A stretch of DNA of 64,000 bases from Phoronis australis (GCA_002633005.1 NMRA01000086.1:653390-717389); one strand, 5' to 3'; numbered from the stretch's first letter, positions 26,736-40,970 are shown. Made by a program: numbers and translations. Notes: generated from the sequence alone by a model not told the origin.

Positions 26736-26907
26736 TGCTGCAGTGCTGTACTGTTTTAGTCTTAACCTGTGGATTTTCCCCACTCTTGAATATCCCCACT
26801 GGCCTTGTGAGCTGGAGGTCTGTTTCTTCTGATTTTGGTTATGTAACATTTTCCAGCTGAGTACAGAAATGCCATTAATCTTCTATTTTGTTTCTATTTA
26901 AATGTAG

Positions 26908-27021
26908 GTCACAGGTCAAAAGGTCACCTGATGACACTGTGGAGCCAGCTGACCTGCAGAAAAGAGATCTCACCATGTGGAATTATTTGTGCAAGACATA
27001 GCAGCCATTCAAATTACAAAG
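26908..27021 (+). other. Candidate internal 5'-UTR exon of the plus-strand gene
   Basis: T-rich tract ending aatgtag acceptor; AAG|GTACTC donor; unique sequence. Splice signals only. Confidence 0.35.
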
Positions 27022-30000
27022 GTACTCCATAGTCAATCTCTTTTACAGAAGTACTCTTTCATTTCTTAGTTTTGGTGGTATTCATAATAAGTCTGACATT
27101 GTTTTCGACATTTGTTTAAATGCTGATAACAAAAATGATTATTAAAAGTGTATTGCTGCTGCCTCATTTTTGCTGGTCAGTTAGTTCAATAGGCTGATTT
27201 GCGACTGGATTAGTTGCGTGTGTGCATTTCATTCTTTAGACCTTAAAATTAACTGATGAGTCTTTCTAGTGGAATGTAACCTATACATTTTTTGTAGCAT
27301 ATTGAGTTATCTAACTGACTTGTCTTGAAAGTTAAGATCATGGAGGACCCTAGAAAAATATCCAAATTTGGCTAACTTCGGAACATCACATCTTAGAAGT
27401 GACTGATGTTATTCACACGAAACTTTCAGATATCCTAAAACGGTGTCAGGATTTGTTTTTTAGATGTTCCAGTTTTGCATGAGGAGTTTGCAAAAACAGA
27501 ACTTGTGCGAGAAACTTTCGAGAAATCTCTCAAAATTTAGATGAAACAAATTGAAACGATATTTTTGAAAACTATTAGCGGTTTTGAGAGTTCATCTTGA
27601 ACATTTATATAAAACGAAATCTGGTCATGTAATTATAGTGTGTCCCCTGCGTGTAAAAATCTGGGAGGCCCACCATGCTCCTCTTTGGTTCCATCACTTG
27701 TAATCTTGCCCAAACTGACTGCTACACACCTAATCGTGACAGGAAAACTTCACCGCTATGCAACAGTTGCTAATTGAAGTGAATATGCCATACACATGTT
27801 ACATGGCTGCTGTCGATGTTTGTGGCTTGAACGGTATTTGGTAGAATTTAAAATGAGATTTTGAACTTTTAAGCTTGTTAAGCATAATCAGTCTTTCTCA
27901 CATGACCTGGAATGTGTTACGACACGACTGGTTAATAACACCAAGTTCGTAATTTTTTTGATATATGGGCGAATCACAAAGTAGTGCAATGTAGAAGTCC
28001 ATACGCCTTGCATTTTATCATCCGCAAAACACTAAAACAATCAAATGCGTGCCAACCAAACAAAAATGCTGGAATTCCGTGAAGGTGACAGGGTTATGAT
28101 TGACAAATCGGGTGTCGCAACTGTACATACTCCCAGTCGGAAGGACATGCGAATAACTTCTGAAGCCGACCCATCTTTGGCAGCGAATTCCATATCCACG
28201 TTCATTCAAATGTAGACGAGGCACAATTAACTCAAAAAACGCCGTGAGACTGTCTACTCTCGAGTTCCTAATAGCCATATCTATATGATTTAAGACTCGT
28301 TTTCCGGTCGAGTCTCTACGTTTATTAATTTTCTAACTTTTTACTGCGCTCCATGATTATTACAGAGTAGGTTCAGCAAGTTCACAATTTTTGTTTCATT
28401 CAAAACAAATTTGTTACACAAAAACTTCGCTAATGACACCGGGTATCATACCTTGGTCCTAAGACGAAGGGAATTCGCTGTTAACCTCTAGAGACACACT
28501 AAGTTCAGGATTTGTAATTTAGGAGAGCTATATACGACTCCACGTTACACACGAAAGTCATATGTCATACACATTAAAGAATATAGAACTGTACGTTTCA
28601 AAGCGTAAAATAATCGGACTCCCAAGCAAGGCAGCGGCCGTCTGTTGGACAGCCAGAATGTTATTTTGGACGGGATCGGTCAGAATTAAGAAAATGTTGG
28701 CAAAATTTAAAAAACCTTGAAATGATGACCACTTTCTCGATATTAACGGCTGGTCGGCAGTCGCTGAAAGAAATAGGCCATCAGTAATTTCAGAAATGAA
28801 AAATTTAATCTACAAAAGTGCTTTCTTAGCGCATTTTTCAATATTCCGCACGCCGGTGACACAGATCGGTGCTACCAGCAGCTCAACATACATCTGAATA
28901 AAAACGCTTTCGACGAGTTTCTAATGGCTAATCCGATATTTATGATTGCACCCTGTGAAAAGAAAGTGAACAATGGATATGCCTATCTATCGATATATAT
29001 GCGACGAGCTTGCGACCTAGTTTCCCGTGGGTACTTACTACTTCGTGCAATGTAATTCACATCATTGTACCTCATTTGTAATCGTCAAATTAGTTTCTTG
29101 TTTGTCTAATATCTGCCAACATTTCACTACATCTGATTTTTCAACTGCTGACATTGTTACCCCTTTTCAAAATGTTGTCACAATATTCCCCTGGTTAATT
29201 CCAAAATCAATGTATCCTTATCATGCTCTGTTGTCCACTCTAGCACTTGTGGCCTTTTCGTTCGTAGTTTTACTGTGTGAAAAATGACGCATGCATTTAT
29301 TGGCATAGGCTAAAATATGACCCTTATTAATTGTTGCAAAAATTGCTTTCTTTGGTCCCCCTTAGTCGTCTTTAAGAAGTATGCATGTCGTGCAGCCATG
29401 CAGGACGAAGAAAATGAAAATGGCCACCAGAAACCCATCAGCTGTGAACTGATGTGCCAAAGTTCACGAAGTTTCTCAGACGTCAAATCTGACCCTGTTC
29501 CTGTCCTTGCTGCTACGTGAGAGCATTCATTTTTCCTTCTTGATCCTTTGGCCTATAAGTATCTGTATTTTAGAATTATTGACCAGGATATTGTTCTGAG
29601 CTAGGATATATATGTTCTAAGATATTTGGCTGTTAAAACCGGATACAATAAACACAGCTGTCTTTCTAGGAAGGTCACAACAAGTCTTTGTTAGTTCAGA
29701 CAATGAACTACCCCTAAGCTCAGCCCATCAGTTAACCATACAAGAAAATGACAAAAATCTGATTGTTAACTGCCAGGTAGATCGTTGAACATAAAAGACA
29801 TGGTTTCTTCAGTAACAGGTCTTTTGATTTATTGCAGAAAAATTTGTAAGTTTAATGAAAGAAATTATGTCAGTTTAATGTAGCCGAAAAAACGTTGGGT
29901 CCCGATTGTTTTAATTCACTCATTTATATCTCCATTTGTGTTTTCTGTATGCCTGTTTCAGCGTTTTATTTATTTCTTTACAACCAATCTACCATTTTTC

Positions 30001-30177
30001 AAAATTTGTGTTTTCGCATGGCGTAAGGTGTGACTTCAAAGTAATGTGTTCATATTTGAGTCAGTTCATTCAGTCCCTTGTGTATTGTGACTGTAGCATC
30101 ACATATTTCATAACCAGCATGAGTATGTCACAGGTATTGACTTGTGGCTAATTTATTCAATATCTGAATGTGTTTAA

Positions 30178-30622
30178 AGCCGCATTTACACAAGAGACAG
30201 TTGACCCGGCACAGCTAACACGGAACAGCTGCTCCAGTGCAAGTGTGTGTGTGTAAACACGACTGACACCGAGCGAGTGACACCGCAGCGTCCAGTTTTT
30301 GACATTGGTTTGACAGGTAGAGCCAGTTACACTCGATCAGTTGCTCCAGTGTCAACTACACGTCTGAACACAACTCAGGCACAGCGGAAATAGATCATCT
30401 TTCAATGCGCTTGCGCAATAGTGTGTAGTCGGGTGATCAACTGGCATTCCATGGGGTTTGGGCATTCGCTATTGTTTACGCGAGCCTGCGCAGACAGTAT
30501 TTGTGTAAGTGACTCATGCTGATGCAGTTTGTGATCTAATGTCGTGTAAATGCGACTAAAGTGGAGCAAGTCGCGCCGTGACCACTAACACGGTGACGAC
30601 TGTCTCTTGTGTAAAAGTGGCT
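30178..30622. mobile_element. PIF/Harbinger-like MITE
   Basis: TIRs agccgcatttacacaagagacag / ctgtctcttgtgtaaaagtggct; flanks TAA and CAA (TWA-type TSD with one mismatch). Confidence 0.75.
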
Positions 30623-30666
30623 CAACACTCTCCAGGTTTTGATTTTTTTGTGTGGACCACCCTTAA

Positions 30667-31173
30667 AGGAGAATGCCACCCAAAAACAACCTATTTTGTA
30701 TCAATTTAGATCGAGTAGTTCTTCTCGATAACGGCACGTTCGGTTGCGTTACGTGACACCTGACGGCAGACGGAGGTGTTGAAATTGTGCAATGACGTCA
30801 TTGGTTTCACACGCGGTCTCTTCAGCAGTTCACAACAGGGGTTACTGGTGTCAGCATATCGCTTGAATTCATCATTTAACATCAATAAATCACCCAAACT
30901 TCGATGTAAAACCCTTAAAAATACACATAACTCTTATAAAAACATGTTTTTTTATTTCGCTTTTACGGATTTATTGGTATTTGGACACACCGTAGCCTAC
31001 AAAGTTCGGCAGGCCAATTTACCAAGGTCCGTAGCAGGAGCTTGGGGTCTGTTCGGAGATAAATTCGAAGTATTCTTCCGTGAAATACAGGCAAGAGAAC
31101 CTACAAGAGGCGATGTGGATATAGACCGATTAAGACGGTAAAAAAGACTAATTAAATCTGGTGCCGTTCTCCT
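30667..31173. mobile_element. Kolobok-like MITE
   Basis: TTAA TSD (30663-30666, 31174-31177); TIRs aggagaatgccacc / ggtgccgttctcct with purine-purine termini. Confidence 0.8.
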
Positions 31174-31496
31174 TTAAATTTTGTTTTTTAACTTGTGGGT
31201 TGGGCATTTTTGTGCTTGAGGAAATCAAGGTGATTTTAAATCGTTCACGGTTGTGTTGCTAAATTAAATGACATTTTATATGTTCACCCGAGTGATGGCA
31301 AGTTTTCCAGTTACAAATCATTTTCACTAACACTTCTTTCTTATTACCTATGAGGCTTTTAGGGGATACACATACAAACTGTCTACTCTTTATGTGGAAA
31401 ACTTTTTGCCGTGCCATTTTATGTAAAAATACAATACTGACAACTGACAAATGTCATCAGTTCCCCAACCCTTTTCAGCACACAGGATTTCTTTAA

Positions 31497-31644
31497 GGGC
31501 ATCATCCAGATTTTTTCTTACTCTCATTGATGTCGGGAAGGTGAAGAATTAATGATCACGCATCCACGGGTATTCGTCCAGTTTATCAAACTTTTTCACA
31601 TCGAAGTTACAGCTCACTGTACAGCAGTAATACTTCGTTGGCAT
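31497..31644 (-). pseudogene. Transposon-derived THAP domain fragment
   Basis: MPTKYYCCTVSCN...YPWMRDH*FFTFPTSMRVRK then frameshifted IW: THAP C-x4-C...FxFP...W pattern with an in-frame stop. Confidence 0.7.
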
Positions 31645-32171
31645 TGGAAGGACGAATAGAGTACTGCAACGGAGAAAAACTTGTAAGGAATTAGACAACA
31701 ACAAATTACATGTGAAACTCCAGTGGCACGATAACGAAGCAGCAAATGCACCTGGCGGATGTTTACGGCATTGTGGGTAAATACAGTGAGTTTCGAGTTT
31801 ACCGGCGTAAACTGGGATGGCTCTATTGATGGCAGTTTAACCTTGATCCTACTCCTTTGATGTACAAATAATCTAGAGGCCTATAAAACCAGATATTTCA
31901 TGCTGAATGGCCACTTGGCACCAGTATACTATTTGAGAAACTGCTTGCATATTAACCAGTACAATTTGTTAATGAGTGTACTTGTGTCGTCTGTGTTCTC
32001 CACAACCTGTTTTAGCTGCCATCTGCATAGAGTTTGAATTTTGCTGTGATGGGTTCGGCTTACTTGCACAGAGTGTGAAAACCTACATAATGAGATTGAA
32101 GTGTTAGGAAATTTGTATTTTCTTAAGCAAATTTGACATTTTGGACTTTTGGTAACAGTTCAATACATTCA

Positions 32172-33451
32172 TTTTTATGCGCCCACATATTTATATGTGG
32201 ACGCATTATGCCGTCATCTCCATCCGTTCGTCCGTCCAGCGTCTGCCACTCTATCTCCAAAACCCTTTGACATACGTGCATGAAATTTGGCGCATATGTT
32301 CCATTCATGAATGGGACGGCATGAGCAAACTTTCGGACGGATCCGATTACTGGTGTGCCCCCTAATGGCAATTTAAGTTTTTTACGCTTACCTTTGTATC
32401 TTCAAAAGTCCTGAACGGATGTTCATGAAATTTGGTATGTAGGCACCTATTAGTGAGATGACGCTATCCTGCCGTTTTCGGATGGATTCAACATAGTTTG
32501 CGCCACCTAGTGCCCATTTTTACTGTTTTCTAGTCTGTTTATTTGCGTCCACCCCTCTATCAATCAAACCGCTCAAAGGATGATTGTGAAAATTGGCATG
32601 TATTTGCTTGCTGTAAAGTGGATGGTTGACGATGATTTTCCGACGATTTCGACTACTGCGGCGCCTCCTAGTGGCAGTTTTGTTTTTGTTGCGCCTATGG
32701 CTGTATCTCCTAAACCGTTCACAGGATCTTTACTTAATTTAGCAAGTGTATTTATATGATGTTGACTATGGATGACGACGACTTTCGGCCAGATCCGACT
32801 ATTGCTGTGCCCCCTATTGGCAATTTTCAGTTTTTTATGTTTAACTCGGTATCTTCAAAGGTCCTCAACAGATTTTCATAAAATTTTTAATATAGGCATC
32901 TATTGGTGTGATGATGCTATCTTCCTGTTTTTGGATGAAATTGAGTTATTTTGCACCACCTAGTGGCCATTTTTGCTGTTTTCAAATCTTGTTTTTTGCG
33001 TCCACCCCTGTATCAACCAAATCATTTGAAAATTGGCATATATGTTCTCAGTGTTAAGACGACCTTTGATGATGGTGACTGACTACTGTGGCGCCTCCTA
33101 GTGGTAGTTTTGTTTTGCGCCCATAATTGTATCTCCTAAACCCACTGCAGGATCTTTACTAAATTTAGTAAGTGTATTTATATAAAGATAACAACAGATG
33201 ACGACGACTTTCTGGCGGATCCAACGGACACTGTCCCCACTAAGTGGCAATTTCATTTTATTCTGTTTTCCTTTGTTTCTCTGAAGTTCCTTGACAGATT
33301 TTTATGAAATGTGGCATGTTCCTGTTTTTGGATGGATTGTATGCTTTTGCGCCATCTAGTGGCCATCTTTATGATACAAATAAATAACCCTAAAAGCACA
33401 CCATTTGCAATGCATTCGTGGGTGCATTTCAACGCTCCGCATTGCTCTTGT
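32172..33451 (+). mobile_element. Full-length HINE, same family as 18728-20266
   Basis: Same 5' subTIR hairpin, microsatellite, monomer array and 3' subTIR/hairpin/ctcttgt end. Confidence 0.9.
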
Positions 33452-36400
33452 AAGACTTAACACGCAAAGTCCCCACAGTGTGGTCATGGACTCCCGAAAG
33501 CGTACATAAATTATGTAATTGCAGTCGAATTTTATGTTGTGGAGAACACCACGAGTTTCGTTACAAGTATGCATGAAAACGGCATTTAGTCATATGCATC
33601 TGGCAGGATGGCTACAGTTATTAAAGATTTGTTCACTTTAAGATTTACTTCAATTTTGATCATAAAACTATACGAAGCAACACAAAACATTTCTGTAATG
33701 TCCTTACTCAGGGAAGCAATGTGTAGCATATTATTGATCATGCCAGCATTTTTTCAGTGACCTGAGCTGGCACTAAGTCCATGTGTTATAAGTGCACTTT
33801 AAAGACAGCCTCCAGCGACCAAAAGACCCTCTTAACACCAGAAATACAAGTATTTTTTTAATGAAATCTTTTTGTTATTTGCGTACCACAGAACATAATT
33901 AATTATGACGTAAATTACACCATCCATAATTCCTAGTCCCTTCTAGCATCCCAGAGAAATTCTCAACCAATCAGCATAAAGTGGTAGATATGACTGTGCC
34001 CTCGAAATTTCTCCTAAGCCTCACTGCGTAACAGCTGAGTGTCATTTTTTTGACGCAGGCTTAGGCTAGTTATCGGTCTTGCTGCCTAGGGATGCAATAA
34101 TGAAACGGCCTTGTCATACATTTGTGCATCTTCCCCGCCGATCCCGTCATGTGCCGCGCGGGGAATAAGATTCATATCCACACCAATATGGGTAAAAATG
34201 ACCAAATAAAATTGGACACAAGTATTGTCATTAAAAGCTACACCGTTATACTTTCAGTAAACTAAATTATTTATCGGTGTTGGAAAAATTGGCTTTCAAC
34301 GATTGCGTCATGTGACCTGAACAGTTTCTTTTTCTTCCGTTAATTCTTTTATCAACTGTTCTTCGCTGCCACGAGGTGGCGTACTGTCACAACAAATTGT
34401 CGGAACTGGTTTCATTTCGTTACAAATTTTTAGCATTTTCAATATCAAAAAAACAAATTTTAGAACAAACTTTGCGGCTGCGAAGCTGTCATCTTACCTC
34501 CAGATTGTCGCAAAAGTTTGGGATGGCGCGTGTGCCTATCACAAGCACACTGTTTTCAAAATGACGACAGACTTTTTTTGTTAAAAAGCTCAAAAGGCGA
34601 AGAATTATGCTAGAAAATGACGTTTATTAGGTTGTTTTTCACTTAAATGGCTGGCAATGGGCAAGGTGTGTGTTGGAATTGTCTCCCAGATTTTGCATGC
34701 ATCCCGTCGGTCATGGGCTAAGAGATATAAGTTTCCCGACGATGGGTCTAGTAGAACTCATACCCGGCCTGTACGAAATTTCATTGTCTAATGGAGCTCA
34801 ACACACGGTACCTAGCTGTATTTTGACGATAGTCTTCAAACAGCTAGCTTGCTGGCTACAAGAATTAATGTGCGCATTTTGACGTTTTGTGTTACTGTTT
34901 GGGCCGGGCGTATCGGGAATCCGGCCCAAATCGGAATATTCTGATTTGGGCCGTTCCCGTAACGGAATTCTGATACGGGCGGCCCATATCGGAATATATT
35001 TTTTGATTGAATTTAAAACGTTAAATTGAATACAAATCCTTATAATTTGGTATGTTTTCATCCAATCGAAGTTTTATTTCATAGTTTTGATGTATTGCGG
35101 ATACTCACAACGTTGTGTTCAATCTCTGTGCAGGTGAGGTTGACAGAGTCTATATTCAAAATGGAGGCAACTATGGGTTGCAGGATTTCAAGGCGAATTA
35201 TTTTGAAAATTAAGTTTCTAATATTAAATTTTTCGATGAATTTGAATATAATTGCTTTGCACAAAGATTAAGCTAATATATGTTGCAGGTTTTCCACGTA
35301 TTTTGCACCAAATTAAACGGCCTATTGTTGCCGATTCTAGTACGGGAGACACACTCGACAGCGGCACGTATCGGAATCGCGCAGTGTTCACACCTTCGGT
35401 TTGATGAAGACATGAATGCAATGTTCCTAACATCAAAATTTTTGTATCAAGCAAACTACACTTTATAATAAAATGATATTGCCTGATAATTCGGAGGAAG
35501 CGTTTTGTTTTTTCAACTGTTTAGGCAAGCCCAGTCATCCTCCCGTGGATTCCCATGCGGGCCCGTATTAGAATGTGTGCTAAATAATTGAATAAAAAGT
35601 TCCAAAGGTAATGATTTTGATCAATTTGAATATTAATTGACATGAAATGAACAGTTAATATGTGTTCTTGATTTTCCACGTATTTTGCACTAAATTAAAT
35701 GGCCAGTCATCCCTGATTCCAATATGATGGAGAGATAGTGAAAGCCAAATTTGTGTGTCGATGATGTCATAGACTTCGATTGGTGCAAGCGCCATCTCAA
35801 GTTTTTTTGCTGCTAAATGTGGTTCGTGATGGGGCTACTGTATTGTCAAAGGCCTACTTAATTAATGACTGGGTTATGCTATGATACCGTAGTTTGATGT
35901 TTTTCATCAATACATGTATTTTAGATATAAAAAGTCATTCTGGCATCATAGTAGGCCTTTAAGGTTACGGAGGACCTGCATTGAGCAAAAAATATATAGA
36001 ACAAATGGACATCAATTGTGTGGAAGCGTATATTTTTGGATAGGAGAAAAACTAGATTTTTAACTTGATACCAGTGTGTCATTGATTGGGTTATGTGACC
36101 ATGTCATTTACTAAAATTTGTCATAAAAGAAAGGTACATTCTTGGTAAAGCAATTGTATCAATAACATGGACTAGTTTCATTTCATATAAATGTTCATGA
36201 TGAAATTTTCGAACCACTGTTACAGTTTTCTGAAATAGCATTTCGTCGTGGTTTTATGCAACTTTAATTTTCTCCTGAAAATCATAAAAGTACTTTTTTT
36301 CATAGCTGATCAAGCAAAAATGTGACTAACAGCGTTTCTAAGAACAGCATGTTCATATCAACTTTTATATACTGTGCTTTTTAAGCTGTTCCCTAAAACG

Positions 36401-36847
36401 CTCTTAGTAATTGTTTGAGATTAATCTACTTTTGCATGAGGAGCTATAAAGGATTGAATAGGATTTTTTATAATTTTTACAAAAAAAACAGAAAAATTTC
36501 CTAAAATGAAAATATGATAGAAAAAATTAATGAATTGAGAAATCACAATCATCTGGTATTAGTTAATACAAGGGTCTCTAACCTTTATTACCCTGTTGTC
36601 TCATCACATTTGACAAAAATGAATTGTGGTTGAAAGTTAATGACTTATATAGGAATAAGGAACTGTTGGCATCTTTGGAATGTTCGGTCATTCTTTTCTT
36701 AAGAATCCTCGTTGTCATAGCAATGTAAAATTCGCTATAGTTCTTGCAAAAGGGCCGTCCCGAATTTCACGTCGATAGAACTCTCCTATGTACTGGAGAT
36801 AAGAATGCGTGTGACCTAGTTTTGGAAATCAGGCACATTTTCTTGCC

Positions 36848-37110
36848 TCATTGATGTCGGGAAGCGAAGAATTTCAGATCGCGCATCCACGGATATTTGT
36901 CTTGTTTATCAAACTTTTGCAGGTTGGAGTTGCAGACCACAGCACAACAGTAATACTTCTTTAGCTTTGGAAGGACAGAATAGATCAATGCAATCCAGAA
37001 AAACATGTAAATGATGGAATTCCCAGAATTCCACCAAGTAAACAAACAGCAACAAATAACACATCAAACTTCAGTGGCAGGAAAATGAGGCAGCAAATGT
37101 GCCTGAGGGA
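36848..37110 (-). pseudogene. Second copy of the THAP fragment element
   Basis: KYYCCAVVCNSNLQKFDKQDKYPWMRDLKFF; nucleotide match to about 31525-31765. Confidence 0.7.
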
Positions 37111-37246
37111 TGTTCAATGTTTATGTGTAATCCTGGAGGATCCTATTACTGTTTTGCCTAGTTTTCAATCACTCATAGAATCAAACCACTGTATTGCTTT
37201 TAATGGTGTAAAGATTTTAGACCATGATATGAACACAACTAACCTG

Positions 37247-38595
37247 GGCCCGGTCTCCAATCTCCGTACTCAGACTCGAATCATGCTCAAACTCACACTT
37301 CATACTCAACTCGAGTACAGACTCAGCTTTGGTGTATTCAATGTCATACTCGAAAAATCTGTACTCGAAATTTCGAGCACGTACTCAATTTTCGAGTATA
37401 CTCGAAGCGAAGTGTATTTCATCCATATTTCAAGTACGATTTTGAGTAAAAATTCCGAGTATATGCTCTAAATTTCAAGTTTGGTATGGCAGTGTGCTTG
37501 AAATCGTACTCGAAAATAAATACGAGCCAGAGAACAAAATATCGAAAGGGAACCAAGAAACACAGCAAATCTAAAAAAATAAGTCCTCTTACCGTATCTC
37601 AGCACTTCAATTTCAGTTCAGAGATAATAGTTTTCATCTTAAATCTTCTTATTCTTCACCTTATTAACCCGCGGTATCACTGTACGTTATGGCCGCCATT
37701 CTACCTCTACAATTCCTGGCAACAGGCGCATTGTAATCCTTTGTCGGCGAGTCATAACAAGCGTCGAAAGCAGTTGTGGGAAAAGTCGTGTGAGAAGTTT
37801 GTGCTGCCCTTATTTCGGTATTTGTGCCTACGTTTTGTAGGGTTTCCAAAAGACGAGGTACATTTCTCATCATAACTTAGTCATCTATAATTCCTCAATC
37901 CACAAACGGAATTCCAGATTTTGTTTGCCGATTTCTAAGTAGACGTCTCGTCCCGTTCACTGCCACTGGTGAACTCTGATTGCCTGCACAAGTATTGTTT
38001 TTTAACTCACGTGCCAAATGTCAACTCACTTGATACATCCCAGTAAAATACAAAGATACAGTATCAAAGTTTGACATCAGCGTAGGCCTACACAGCAATG
38101 GGTTTATGTCAAGACTGAATTAGCAACAGAGATGTAATGTGATAAGCTGTTACATATTTCTTAAGACATTTTCGGGACTGGGTGAGGAACTCAAGAAGTA
38201 AAGCTTAATAATTGGCCAAGTGTATCAAAGAAATGGCATAAGAATATTTATTGAAACTAAAAAATGAATAACAGTTACAGAACACTCAAAATTCCACGTT
38301 ATAGACATACTCTTGTAGTTGTAGCGACAGCAGACGATAATGTAGGCCTAGTTCTTGGGGTGGTCTATTCCAATAGGAAGCGATGAATCAGCGCGGCTTT
38401 GCGTGATTTTGCATTTCACATCATAAAGAGTTCCATAGCAACTCGAGTATGAGTGTCAGATTTGAGTACGTTTGGAGTCTACTCGAAATCCGACATTAGA
38501 TACGCTTTTTTGAGTACGACTCCAGTGAGCACGATTTTGAGTATGAAATCTCGAGTATGAGTATGAGTCTGAGTACGGAGATTGGAGACCGGGCC
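37247..38595. mobile_element. PIF/Harbinger non-autonomous element
   Basis: Perfect ~27-bp TIR ggcccggtctccaatctccgtactcagactc; CTG TSD (37244-37246, 38596-38598); many subterminal ACTCR/YGAGT repeats. Confidence 0.92.
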
Positions 38596-38792
38596 CTGTT
38601 GATCCATGAAGCCTCAGGCATCAATGAGATCCATGCTGAGTACAGCTTGAATAGGAACATAGGGGCTTTCAACCCTCAGTTGTGGTAGCTGATAGCTGAG
38701 TTGATTTCACTGGATGTCTCTCTACTAGTAACTTGTATTATGCACTTTGATGTGCAGTTGATTGTTATTGTGAATTGATGTAGAGCATGACT

Positions 38793-38842
38793 CATTCCTG
38801 ATGATGATTTAAACTATTCATTCGAAACATTAATCATGAATG
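38793..38842 (+). ncRNA. Degenerate type I hammerhead ribozyme-like motif
   Basis: cattc-CTGATGA...TC-GAAAC...gaatg with stem I pairing, located just after a Penelope ORF end; stems II/III and cleavage triplet are imperfect. Confidence 0.45.
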
Positions 38843-39588
38843 TTGTTGGGTTGAAACTTCCTCTATTTTGTGAATATTCCCAAGGTGACATAGTTGCTTG
38901 AAAGTACCAGAGCACTTTAGTCTGACACCAATATTATGTAGGTCTCTAATGCATGAACCTAAAGTAGACTAGGGTGTATGAAGTAGGGTAATCTTTATTT
39001 AATGTCAGTGCATGGCTGCACACAGAACATAAACTCAGCAATGACCAACTAGAAAATATAAAAAGAACTAAACGCAAACCTAGTCAGCGTCAACTTTTTG
39101 TCACAAATTCAGTTTTGTGGACCATTTATCATTTACAAAACTGAACAAGGTGTTGGCAAACTATGCATCTGTTAACAAAAAATTTAAAAAGGCAGCGCAA
39201 GAGTGTCAAGTCCAGCAAAACTATGGCTTTCCGTTTACACCCCCCCTTTTTTCCGAATAAACGCTCGGGTGTTTTAGGTATTGCTAAAACGTCTGAAAAT
39301 TTTCATTTTCCAAATACACGCCCATGGGCTTATCTGCAGAAATTCTGGGTACCTTAGGCGTAACATGCAAACAAATAAACAACTACAGTTCTATGCTCAG
39401 GTGATATCAATAGGCTTTCAGGGACAACGCAGTGACATAAGATGACATTAAATCATTCTTTACTGACGCACTGGGAAGTGGATCTCGGATTCAGAAGTAA
39501 GTAAGGAGTTTTGATGATTTTCTGATCTTGGCCAAGATAAGATGCATGTTTATAAACAGGAAAACGTAGCATGTAACACATTAGTTAA

Positions 39589-40970
39589 GATTATCTCAAA
39601 CTTTATTTAGAGGCCTCCATTCTAACTCCTATATCAAAAAGACTAAGCTTTCTCAACTAGTAAAAGTATATATTTTCTGAAAGAAAAAAATCAGGGAATA
39701 TAGAAATATTTTTTTTTTATTTTTGTACCATTATTGTTATTACGTTAACACCTTTTTAGGTCAAAATTTCATTTTTAAGAAAGGTACATTCATAACAAAA
39801 TAACCCCTCGGTCCATTTTAATGAAACCTTTTTTAAACAAAAACTTCACCAGTTACCTCAAAAACAATGTTAGGAATTTTCAGTTAGTCTTTTCATTTGG
39901 TTTCTGTGATGAAGCAACTCGCAAAACGTAAGGTATTCGTGTTTGTTACATTACGCAAAAACTAGGCATGTCGAAAATCCTAGCAGCGTGCTTGAGATTG
40001 ATAAAGTTTCAGCGAAATCCACCTAGCCATTTTCGAGAACTCATGTTCCTAAGTTCAAATAAAGTTGATTTGCTGAAGCAGAGAAAAAGCCGATTGAACT
40101 AGGACGAGTGAAAATCTCAGTCTTCGATTAATTTTTTGGTGAAAACTTGTTTTCAGTAAATATAACCTATACATGCCTTAGATATGCTAGCTACTTCAAC
40201 ATTCACTCGCATTGTCACCTGACTTTGCAGTGCGTAATTAACATACTTATCATTAAAATGTACCGTCCCCAGCCACGAGGTGGGATCAAGTTTTACTGTT
40301 GCTTGACCTACTTAAAAGTAGGTCACAGTTCATTGTTATACACATAGTCTGTACCCATCACGTGCCGGGAGTTTGATACGAAACCAAGTAAGAAATGGAT
40401 AACAAAAATTGAATCTGTGGTCAAAGCATGTCATTAGCATGAGATCCAAACGACGAAATGTCAATATAGTAAGTGAATTAAGGAATTTGGGTCAGGATTT
40501 ATCTCTTTTCACAACTTGCTGTGTTCATGACCACAGAGGCGTGAGGCAACTCGTAGCATTCGTTCTCAACGCCAACGGTCGTATGAATGTAGATGCACAA
40601 CTCCCTCAGGATCAAAACTACGTTTTGTATTTGTTTTCCCCCGCACCATTCTGTCATAAGTACACCTCGTTGACTCAATAGTATGACGACTTGGTGATCA
40701 AAAGGATTGAGGGCATACAAAGCTGCTCTGTACCTGGCAGAAGATTCAATTTGAGTGACAGCCCTGTAACCTTTGACCTCGGATAAGTAGTAAACAAATA
40801 TCCACGCAATTGTGTGGTTCCAAGGTGTTCTTCTAAATCTTTTTTTCTCACTCCGCAGTTTTTATATTTTGTATTTGAAGTTCTCCGAGAATGACGATAA
40901 GGTATTTTGCTAGACACATTTGAAATATTGTAAAAACGGCCAATTTTTGTGAATAATGTTTCAGATAACC
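39589..40970. mobile_element. Kolobok-like non-autonomous element
   Basis: TTAA TSD; TIRs gattatctcaaac / gtttcagataacc; related copies at 53309-53893 and about 53900-54525. Confidence 0.8.

Larger units (their letters stand above)
37160..38880 (+). mobile_element. Penelope-like element 3' remnant (GIY-YIG C-terminus and pseudo-LTR), split by a MITE
   Basis: Removing 37247-38598 gives QSLIESNHCIAFNGVKILDHDMNTTNLLIHEASGINEIHAEYSLNRNIGAFNPQLW* (VKILD...LL.E..I...LNR pattern); hammerhead-like motif downstream. Confidence 0.75.

Noticed and set aside
37085-37875. 128-129 aa ORFs as host genes
   Set aside because: They cross THAP-element, Penelope and Harbinger boundaries; chimeric open frames.
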